Part shown: positions 50,225 to 61,300 of the stretch, piece by piece
Layout of the letters: the number at the start of each line of letters is the position of its first letter
How positions within the stretch are numbered: position 1 is the stretch's first letter
From: a virus
Direction: 5' to 3' (one strand)
DNA: 64,000 nucleotides
IMG/VR virus record: IMGVR_UViG_3300049893_000899
Location: 1 to 64,000 of that record
The notes under the pieces: model-generated
What the model was told of the DNA's origin: nothing
Databases searched by the model: none
Seen by the model: only the letters and a program-made list of their open reading frames with translations
Program-made: the position numbers and the translations under genes

Positions 50225-51922
50225 TTAAATGTAATAATTTCTATATTTTAAATATTTAACACCTGTATTCCTTGCGGTTGTTCCTACTGTCTTGTCTATT
50301 TTGCATAAAATAGATGTGTTTCTACCTGTTGAAATAGGTATATTTGTAGTGTTGTTTTCAACGTTAACTCCATTTATGAAGTAATCAACCCTTGAAGCAA
50401 TATTGTTTACCTCAATTCTCAATTTATACCAAGTGTTCGCCGCTACTGTTACGCTTGTTGGCTTTGTTGTTCGTGTGCTATTTGAAGCCGTTACAACGTT
50501 AAAAACAGTGTTAACCCTATCATCGTATTGGAAATATGCTCCATCTGTCGGGAAGTTACCTGTTACAACGTTATCCCCAAATCCATACACACTACTAAAT
50601 CTTTGAGTAGCTGGATCTGATAAGATAGGTATGAATATTTCAGCTTCAAAAACATGAACGCCTGAACCTGAATAAAACTGCAAAGATGAACTATTTTTAA
50701 TTACGTTACCAGTTCCCGTTGCGGTTGTTGCAGTTGTTAAATTTAAATAACCTGTCGGAAACCCTACACCACCAGCCACTAAAGTTCCATTTGTTACCGA
50801 TACTTGCGTTTGACCCACAGTACCAGTTCCTAAAAAGAATTCATCAAATCTTTTAACAAAATCAGGATATTTGACTGTAAACATCCAAGTTCCATTTGCC
50901 GTACTTCTATCAATTAAAACCGCTTTTAATTCGCAGTAAGGCTCTAGTCTGTAAGCAGTAGTAAAGTCTGAATATGTTATTTCTACAACTTCATTTGCGT
51001 TGTTTATAAATATAAATTCTTTAGTACCAGCGTAAGAAGTAGCATCTCCTAAACTCGTTAATTTACCCCAAGTTGTACCTGTGTAAATTTGAGTTTTTGC
51101 GGAATTGTAATTTAATGTGTTTAATGCTGATAAAGTAGAAACAATATTATAAGTATCTCCTATCTTTTGAAGAGAGACCTGTGAGCCATCGAAAACATAC
51201 GCACTACCTGCGTCTAATATAGTTGGAGATTTTGCTCCAACACTTAAAGGAGTGTTACCGATAACGTCGGCACTAACCCAACCTAAAGATTTTCTATTGT
51301 ATGCAACTCCATCGTTTGGAGCATCAGAAATGCCACCAGTTGCAATAGTGAAAGTTCTATCCGTACTTAAATCTTGCGTTACACCGTTTATTGTTAATGT
51401 TGTTGATTTTAATGCTTTTGTAGATAATTCGGCATTGATTGCCGTTATCTGTCCGTTAATATTTATTAAACTAGCTTCAATAGCAAGAATATCCTGTATA
51501 TTCTCATTGAATTGCATAGCAATAGCTTCTTTGTCTGAAGTCCATGTAGTCCCTGTATAGTAATAAAATCCATAAGGATAGTATGTTCCTCCCATAGAGC
51601 CAGGTAGCCAAGCCGTTCCTTGACTATTATAAACATAAGCCAGATCTCCAGTAACCATTCCTGTAACTAACAACAAATCATTATAGTTAGCAGCAGAGAA
51701 CTTAAACAAGCTACTTGTATTTAAAACAAGGTCTCCAGAGCCTACAACAGATTGCCCATTTATAGTTTTAATATTAACTCCAGAAACAAGAATATCTTGC
51801 TTTCCAGAGTTAATAGCGTCAATAGAAGCCTCTAGTAAATCTACATCGGATTGTAAAGCTAAATCTCCAAGGCTATAAACAGAAGGCTTCTTCTCAAATA
51901 TATATTTACCAAATACTCTCAT
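50225..51922 (-). CDS. Tail fibre/spike protein with a C-terminal lectin-like domain
   Basis: KQDILVSGVNIKTINGQS and DAPNDGVAYNRK fibre motifs; ANTWYKLRIEV jelly-roll-like C-terminus. Confidence 0.7.
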   Translation of the reverse strand: MRVFGKYIFEKKPSVYSLGDLALQSDVDLLEASIDAINSGKQDILVSGVNIKTINGQSVVGSGDLVLNTSSLFKFSAANYNDLLLVTGMVTGDLAYVYNSQGTAWLPGSMGGTYYPYGFYYYTGTTWTSDKEAIAMQFNENIQDILAIEASLININGQITAINAELSTKALKSTTLTINGVTQDLSTDRTFTIATGGISDAPNDGVAYNRKSLGWVSADVIGNTPLSVGAKSPTILDAGSAYVFDGSQVSLQKIGDTYNIVSTLSALNTLNYNSAKTQIYTGTTWGKLTSLGDATSYAGTKEFIFINNANEVVEITYSDFTTAYRLEPYCELKAVLIDRSTANGTWMFTVKYPDFVKRFDEFFLGTGTVGQTQVSVTNGTLVAGGVGFPTGYLNLTTATTATGTGNVIKNSSSLQFYSGSGVHVFEAEIFIPILSDPATQRFSSVYGFGDNVVTGNFPTDGAYFQYDDRVNTVFNVVTASNSTRTTKPTSVTVAANTWYKLRIEVNNIASRVDYFINGVNVENNTTNIPISTGRNTSILCKIDKTVGTTARNTGVKYLKYRNYYI

Positions 51923-52320
51923 TATAATATCGTTACAGTTATATCTTCTTCAGAACTAATAACTACAAGACATGAGTTATCATTAAGCTCAATAAAATCT
52001 TGAACACCTATCAACTCTCTTGTTGCAGTTAATTTAAAAGAAACTACAATATCATTAGAGTTTAAATTATGATTTATTGTTTTGGTAAAATATCCAGTAT
52101 AGTCTCCAGAGCCTACATCCCAAGATGTAATGTCCTCAGAGTATTTGTTTACTGTTGGAGGTGGTGTTATTTGAACAATTAGTTCAGATAACAACTTTTC
52201 TAAATCACTCAACAATTTCTCTTTTGAGTGACCTTTGTTCTCCTTGTTAGATACGTTGTCACGTATTCTAACAAGGGTAACCATTAATTCTTGTATTGTT
52301 TTAGTAGTTTCCATTTTCAA
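51922..52320 (-). CDS. Hypothetical virion protein
   Basis: TINHNLNS motif seen in Bacteroidetes phage tail proteins. Confidence 0.5.
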   Translation of the reverse strand: MKMETTKTIQELMVTLVRIRDNVSNKENKGHSKEKLLSDLEKLLSELIVQITPPPTVNKYSEDITSWDVGSGDYTGYFTKTINHNLNSNDIVVSFKLTATRELIGVQDFIELNDNSCLVVISSEEDITVTIL

Positions 52321-55300
52321 GTCCGTTTATTTTGTTCTTAAGGTGTCCATCCATAAATAAACGGACATAATTGTCATGACTAACAATTCTTCCTAGATCT
52401 TTCGGGAGCTTATCAATATCTCCAGTGAATAAATCACCTGCTAATTTAGCTAAATCTGATATAAAACCAAAACTTTGAGATACATTATTAAAACTTCTAA
52501 GTAATTCTCCTGGGTTAGCGAAGTATGTTAACTCATTGAATACTCTAAGTGCTATATACGGACTAAGGAATCGTATGTTTTCAATAAAGCCTCCTTCTTC
52601 ATCATCTCCACCTGGAGCAACCAATGAAGAAAGAAGATACAACCCATAGAATGAACCAGCAAAAATACCTGTCCATCTTAGCCTACTTGCGTTATAAGCT
52701 ATAATTTCAGATACTTTATCATCATTTTTTCCAACAGCGGCTTTAACTCCTCCCAACACTTTCTCTGCGGTACTACCTTCAGTTTTTCTATATCCTTCCA
52801 TTATCTGAATTATCTCAGCAGTAACCATCCCCATTATGGCTTCATCTCCAAAAGCGTTTCCATTAATAAGGTCTTCATCATATTCTCCTGTTTCCGGATT
52901 GTAGAGAGTATCAAAATCTTTAAGAGCATATTGCCATCCAGCAAAAGTCATCATCATCTTTCTAGGTAAGAATTTTCTTAATGACATTAAAGCTGGACCA
53001 GCTACTTTCTTATCCATCTCAGACAAGCCTCTATTTCCATAATAACCCTGAGTGTTAGATATTAAGTCAGAAATATTAAGTCCTATTTCAGAAACCATGT
53101 TATTATAAGATCTTTCATCTATCTCTCCTTTATCGTTTCTCATTATTCTACTTGTAAAGTTAGAAGTTGTAGCAAACACCTTTGGGCTTATAGATATCCT
53201 TCTTGACTTTTCGTCAAATATAATAGAATCATAAAGACTAACAGCTTCAGAGATTTCAGGAGTAGTTGTTCCATCTGCTTTAAGATATTCTCCATTCTCA
53301 GCAATACATCTTATTCCTTTAAGTTTAGCAATCGTTAACACAGTAGAAATCATGTGTTCACCAACAGCAAAAGGCATATGGCCAGCAGCGCCAAAGAAAG
53401 CTCTAACAGTTTTGTCATTCATTATATCTTGAACAAAAGCCTCATTGAAGTTTAATCTTGAATTAAAGAATACCGTTATTGCTGTAAGCTTATCTGTTCT
53501 CATAGCATCATCAGCAGAGTAATTCTTCATTGAATCAACTATGTTCTTAAAGTATTCAGTAGAAGCTTCTCCTATAAGATTAGAATCTAAAAGGTTATTA
53601 GCCTTGAATGCAATCATTGAAGACACCGTTCCAGCAGTAGCATTCACTAAACCACCTTCAATATTTCCATTAAGTTTTGCTTTTGCAGAAATAGAAGTAA
53701 TTGTTCCAAGGATCTTACTTATTGAATATCCTTTGCCAAACTGCATATCTTCTCTTCTCTTACCAAGAACATATTCATCAAATACAGATTCAGCAGCTTT
53801 AAGTCTTTGGCTGTTTCCTTTAGTGTTAAAAGCCTTATTGAAGTATTTTGTAATAACTTTCTTTCCTCCTTCTTTTATGTTTATGTTCTGTTCTCTTAAT
53901 AAAGCTTTAAGAGTTTCTCCCATAAACGCAGCTTTACTCATTTCTTCAAAGTTAATGGCGCTATGATAGTTCATCATTAATATTGATAATATATCTTTAG
54001 ATCTATCTTCAATCTTAATTCCTTTGTCTCTAAACTTAACAGGAGGTCTTTGAATAGGTTCTCCATTAAATGTAGATCTTCTAACAATAGCCTCTTCATT
54101 AGACGCTCTCTCTTCTGCATCATTAACATAATCTAAGTCTTTAGATTGTTGATTCTTGATGGACTCATTAATTCCTTCTTTGAAGCCTTCTTTTAGTTTC
54201 CCTTCAGCATATAATTCATGAGATGTCTTTCCAACAAAAGGAAGCTCGTTATTAATAAGCATATCTCCTTTTTCAAGATAACCATTAGACTTGTGTAGTA
54301 ATATTTCAAACCCATCAGCTATCTTTTTCTCTTCAGTAGTAAGAGCAGCCCATTTAGCGGACTTATATTTAGGTAAAGGAATAAGTCTCCCTTTTCCATC
54401 AGTCTTTTTGGCGTCTTTCTCATAGTTTTCTTTTTTAAATATATCTATTTGCTTACCAACATAATAAGTGCTTTTAATAGTCTTCTTTTGTTGTTCATTC
54501 AAATCCATATATTCTCTATATTGAGCCTTATCATATTCCCCAGACTCAAATCTATCGTTTATTTGTTTAGCTTTAAGGTCGTACTCTTCTAAAGCCTTTT
54601 TGTAGTTCTCCATACCGATAGCTATATATCGTTGTCTTTCAGCTTCAAGACGCATCCAGTCATACTCAGATACTAAGCATAGTCTATCTTCATCATTAAC
54701 TCTCTGAACATAGAAGAACTTCTCATTAACCTCTTCATAGTTAACCCCTAATGTTTTATTCCATCCATTCTTATTTACATAATCTCTATACATAGAAGCA
54801 AGGTTGTCTTTTCCCCTAAACTCTTCTTGGTATTTAATTCTAACGTTATCTTTAGCTTTCTCTAAGTACGCCACAAAAGGAGTAATTATAGAGTCGTTTA
54901 TCATCTTCTTATCGCAAAATGCCAACACTAAAGAAGAAATATCTCTTTCGTCTTCAGATAATCTTTTATAGATCGTATTATATCTTTCGTATAACCATTT
55001 CTCTTTATTCTTCTGGAAAGCTTGAACACCAATGTTAATTAGATTATCTCTTACAGCCTTGTCTTTAAAAGAACCTATTCCTCCTTTTATCTTTCTGAAC
55101 AAGTCTCTAGCCTGCATCATTCTAACATTGATATGACCTCTATCTTCAAAAGCCAAAGTAAAAGCAAGAACTTTCTTAGAACTCTTCTCTAAAGATGAAT
55201 TAGCTTCAGATATCTTTCTTTCAATAGAACGAAGAGCCTCGCTTAAGTCATTAAGAGTCTGTTTATGATATCTTTTTGCAAGTAAACGGTTGATTATATT

Positions 55301-58300
55301 TTCAAGAGAAGTCATATTTTCTTCGCTTGTTTCAACGTTAGTTTTTGTTCCTTCAAAGTCAATAACACCAGCATCAAGACCTATAGTTTTATTTATTAAA
55401 TCACTAAGCTCAGCATAGCTAGGATTATCTGGCAAGGTAAGAGTGTCTTCTATATTTTTAGTTGTGCTATTGTCCCCTGAAAGTCTTTTTACAATACCAA
55501 CAATCTTTCTGTACTCCTCTTTTATTGTAGCCAATTCAGAATCAATCTTAGACTGTAATGCTGTATCTGGAATTCCACCATCTAATGAAGCTTGGATGTT
55601 TTTAAATCTCTTCAAAGAAGCAAAAATATCCCCAACATGAACACTTAAGTTAGCTATTTCAACATCCTCAGTACTGCCTTTCGAAGCAAACTCAAGCTTA
55701 GGAGATATTTGTTTAGATATCAAATTAAACACACCAAGAATACTTATAGCCTTCTTAATCTGAGTAAGCTCGTCCCATCTTTCTTGTTGGTTTGCATGTT
55801 GAGCATAAAACTGCTCTAATGTCATTTTCCCTGGATTTGTTCCATCAATATCAACATCGTCAAGTATTTGTCTTAATGGGTCTCTAGTGATACTTGATAT
55901 TAAGTCTGTTATTACTATGCTGTCATTATAAACGTCCATAGCCATTTCAACAAGTTGTCTCAAAACATAGAAGTCAGAAGCTTTACCAATCTCTGATCTT
56001 ATCTGATCAATTGTTTCAACCATCTTGTTGATGTTTTGACTTCCGGAACTTGTGTCTATTCCAGACTTACTGGCAGCACTAACAGCTTCAGAAAGCATCT
56101 TGTTCAATCCATCCATAAATCCTTCAAGATCAACGTTTTCATCGTCTCTTATTGAGGCTATTAATGTATTAGTTGCTATATCTAAAGCTTCTTTCTTGTA
56201 GTTGTATTCAAAGTTACCAGCGTTATCAGACCCTTCATATCTTTCTTTAGCCTCTCTCATTGGTCCATCAGACTTAAAGTTAAATCTGTTTTCCATCACT
56301 TCATCTATATTGATGGTAGGCATATTATTGTATATGCTGCTATTAAGAACCTCGTTAGCCATTAAAGCAATAGCGTCATAGTCTAAACCAAGTTTCTTCT
56401 TGATGATATTGTAAACCTTGTTAACCCAGTTTCTTATTTTGCCAAATATAGATTCTTCAGCATTTTCAAATATCTCGGTACCTTTAAGACCTAAAGCAAC
56501 TGCAAGAACTTCTTTTCTATGTAACTCAGAACCTTCTTTTAATTCAGGGTATCTATCTGAAACTCTATCAGCTATATCTGTCTGCATAGCTTGGTCATAC
56601 GCAGCCATTGCCTCAGAAGTATAAGCTCCACCAGATATATCAATGAATACGTGTGATAACTCGTGTATAACTGTGTCTCTACTTAAATATTCCCTAGATC
56701 TAAGTTTTACAACAGGAAGTCCATCAACATAAGTAACTGATCCCCATGCTTTCATATTAGGGTCTATAATCACTTGATTAGCTCCCAACTTAGCCTCAAG
56801 AAGACCTATCTTTCTTGCTGTTCTTTTCTCGTCGTCTATCTTATCAAACTCAGACATCTTATTGTAATAGTCTTGATATTCATCTTGAACACTACCTGAT
56901 TGATTCTTAAGAATAATATTGTCAATAAATTGATCAGCAAAGAAAATAGGACTTTCTTCTATCATTTTACCGGCAAGATCTAAAGCTGTACTATAACCAA
57001 TTCTATTTAGAAACTTAATTGTTACAGGAATTACATTTGAAGAACCAGAAACTGGAGTTCTTCCAGTCATGAAATAATTCAATAGAACACCAATCTTAAT
57101 TGGCATTGGAGCATCGTCAAATGATTCTGATATTTCATTAGATAAATCACTATGAATTTCTCCTCTATTAAACTTTAGAGCTAATTTAAACTTGTCAGCA
57201 GGAGTCAGGTCTTCTAAATTATTTGAAGCCAATATAGCCGCTCTAGCTTCTTTAGACGCTTCTCCTCCAGTTTTTGATATAGCTATAAGCCTATAAACAT
57301 TCTGAACTTGTCTTCTTGTTCTTTCTTTTTCTCTATTCTTTTCGTAGTTCTTTTTTATTACTTGAATAACCTTGTTATCAGTATTAACATTTCCTTCAAT
57401 AACAGCAACAAAGTCCTCTATCATTCTGTTGTTCTTATTTGAATCAGAAAACACTTTAGAAGCAAAGAACTTATTGTAGACATAAGAAGCCATCTCCTTC
57501 TCTACGTTTATTAATCCTCCAATACTTTTTATTGCACTGTAAAACTTTTTACGATTAGCTATATTTTCTTTAGATGTGTCGTTTAAAATTGTAGAGATAT
57601 ATGTAGTTACTGTTTCGTTTGATACAATAGAAATTGAATTAAGAAGTACTGAAAGTTTTGCAAAAGAGTTTCTTAATGAACCTAAGTAAGTGTTGTTACT
57701 TAAATAGTTTTTGCTCATGTTTGCATTATTCTTGTATAGTCTATTTCTCAATTCAAAAGAACTTCTTTGAGAAAGTTTGTCGAACTTTAATTCAGTAGCT
57801 TGAGTTGATAGTTCTGAAGATAGAGAATTTAACTCATGATACATTTTTAACATACTTATAATATAAGACATATTAATAGTTGTCATTGAGCCGGAATTAA
57901 AATCTTTTATGTCTTTAGCTAAAGAGTCAGCAGAAACATCAACTTTAACATATTTAAATTTCTTCATTTTAAAGTTATATTCTGCTGCTTTACTAAAAGC
58001 AGCCAAATCATTACCAGAAAAATCAATACCTTTTGAAGTTAAATATTGAATCATTCCATTTTCTCCATACTTACTATAAGCAAATATTACAGGATGATTT
58101 AAGTATAACATTGCTCTCATTGGATGAACTCCTGCTCTTATCATCGCAAATAACATTCCAGAAGTAGTCTTATTTATATTAACATAAGAAAGGAATGGAT
58201 CCTTTGCCATATCAACGAATCCATTAAGGAAAGAAGAGATAGCGTCAACAATAGAAACAGCAGTATTTTTAACTCTTTCTCTAGCGTAAGAAAGAACTTC

Positions 58301-61300
58301 AGTTTTTGCGTTTCCTTGATCTTGGCTAACATTGAACTTTGAAGCTATCATTGAAAGTATTGGATTCTGATATCCATAACCAATCTCAACCGCAGCCATA
58401 TTCTGCTGGTTAGCAGTTGCTCCAATACCATCTTGTCCACCCATATTGTCACTTTTACTTCTAAGCTGAGTGATTGGGTTCATTATATCCAAGAACGACT
58501 TATTATTAATAGCATCTAAATCTCTTCCTTGAAGTTCTAATATGTCTTTAGTGTAATCATCTTTTAACTCTGAAGCATCAACAGGCGCCATCTTATCTAA
58601 GTAAGCTTCAGTATTAGAGGAGTTAAGCATATTATACCAATGATTGAAAAGTTCATCGTGCATCTGAGATATAACTCCAGCAGAACTTCCATCAGATTGG
58701 TTTGAGTTTCTTATTACGAATTTACCTTGTTTGTTCTTATAAACCTTTATAGATTTAAATATTAAGAACATCTTATCAATATCATAGTCAGAACCAGTCT
58801 TACCCGTTATTGATGGATATAATATTATACTATCTCCAAGATGCGGAGGAAGTATACCTACAATATCAAGGCTATCTATTGAAGATAGTTTTTGTGTAGG
58901 AATACGGTAACCTATAGCCTTATTGAAAACATCTTTATTGTTCTTCATTAAATCAGTTATCTCTTCATAAGACATCTTCTCTAATCCAGGGATGTTCTTG
59001 AAGAAACTCAAAGGAACTAAACACTCTCCAGCTTTTCCAGGAAGAGGGTGCATTAGCTTCGCGGAAGTTCTTCCATCTAAGAACATAATAGAAGACTTTT
59101 CTTCTTCACTCATAGAGTTAAGTCCAACAGGAGAAACCTGAACAGCAGAACCTCCAGGCATAGAAGGGTTAACAACCCCTTTCTGGAAAGAAGATATTAC
59201 AGATGAAATTATTTGATAACTAGAAGGCCCAACTTCATCTAAGTTGAAAGGAGTTATTTCGCTACTAGTTTTTTCTTTAATAAAATCAACAAGCTCTTTG
59301 TTGTTCTTTATTGCGTCTACCTTTAATAGTTTTCTTTTAATCCCTTCATTGAACTTCTTAACGTCTTTTATATTCCCACTATCAAAGTCCAACCCTAAGT
59401 TGTTCATAAACTCATAAGTAAGTCTTTCTGTTATTGCAGCTTCAATAGCATCAGTCTCTTCAAGGTATTTCTCTCCAGTATATTCAACTCCATTCTTGGT
59501 GTAGTAAACAAGTCCAGACTTAACGTTCTTCATAAGCTTTTTGAACTGAATCCCAATAGAACGTAAAGATTTCCCCTCAGTAATCTTGTTTGGAGTAACT
59601 TGTTGCATACCGTGGTATCTATTCTCAAGTTCAATAGCAAACAAATCTTTACCATTAATAGCCTCACTAAAGTCAATAGCTCCTTGTGATCCCATCTTAA
59701 CAGCAGAATCAAATAAAACTTCATCAATACCATTCTTTTCCATATTCTCCAATAAAGAAGCTAATTCAGTTCCTTTATGGATAGCTGGGATTATTGGAAT
59801 CATTGAATACTTAAGCATTGTAGGAACGGCAAGTAAGTGATTTAAAGATGCTGTTCCATCTTCATTAATGTTTGTTGTTCTTGAAGATATAGAATAATGG
59901 AAAGGCTTTTGAGGCCCAAACAAGTTTAATGCTTGTTGTTTTTCGTAGAAAGTAGGGACATGATTCTTGTCTTTAAGTTTCTCAACTAAAGTATTGTTAG
60001 ATTCATCCCAATCTCCTTGACTTCTTCTGAAGTCAACATATCTATCTAATGTAACAAATCCTTGCGCATCTGCTTCATTGTTTTTTAAATAAGGATTATA
60101 TAACGCCTTGGCTTCAGCTTCAGACATTAACTTAGACTCAACGGCTGTTTTAACCAAGAAGCTATACAGCCCACCAGAATCTCTTTCTATGTCATTCAAC
60201 ACTGCAATTTTAAATGTAGGCTTGTTGAATATATAAGATTCTTTTGAAGGAGAAACTAAAGCTTTATATCTTTTAACAATCTCTACAGCAGACTTAAAGA
60301 ATCCTGGATGTATAGCGTTAGCATTAAACTGTCTCATATTTAAAGCTGTGTCGATAAGAGTTACAGCTTCAAAGGCCACCATCCCACTCATATTTCTACT
60401 AGCTAAAGATCCGAAGTCAAACATCTCTTCTCGCATCTCTTTAACAGCAGAATCAATTATGTCATTCACAACCTTATCTAATATAGCAGAATTACTCTTG
60501 TTGAATACATGCTTACCGTCTTTTGAGTCAAAGATAGCATTAACCTCTTCTTGAGAACTAAAGTCTAAATCAAGTATTGAAGAATTTTTATATTTTTTGT
60601 CGTAATGTTTAATTCCAATAAACTTAGTAAAAGGCATGTTTTTAGCAGCCTCATAAGCTTTGTATGCCTCTATTTCTGCCTCAAGGAACTTAATGATCTC
60701 CGTCTTAATAAATTCAGAGGCAAAAGCTCTTATGTTGCTTCCTGGATTCTTTCTTCTATAATCAACATACTCTGTTAAAGACACAGAATAGAATCTTTCA
60801 ATGCCAGCATCAGCAGGTTGTAACATCCTCAAAGGATATATAATACTTCCTGTTGGATTTCCATTAACGTCAAACTTACCGTTAAACACAGGGCTTCTTA
60901 AAGCATTAATTTGTTCTTTGTAGTAAATTGAAACATCTTCAGTTATCGTGTTTTCTGAAGTATGCTTATTTTTTTCTTCACCTCTAGTCTTGATTATCTG
61001 AGAAAAGGAAAGTACTTTTTGAAAGAAACTCATTCCTCCTTTATAAGCAGAAGAAAATGCGTCTTCACTTATTCTTCCATATAGATTCAATATGTTTCCA
61101 CCAGGCTTTCTTTTGTTTGCCCCATTCTTAACATCAGAAATAAATCTGTTTGATGAAGCTTCTTTGTTTATTGAGTAAACATTTTTACCTTCAGCTCCAA
61201 TAGTATTTTCTTCATGTAAGCTACCAGAGATAATATCTTGTATTTGAGATATCTTCAACATAGCATCAATAGGAGATATTACATAGAAAGTATTCTTTAA

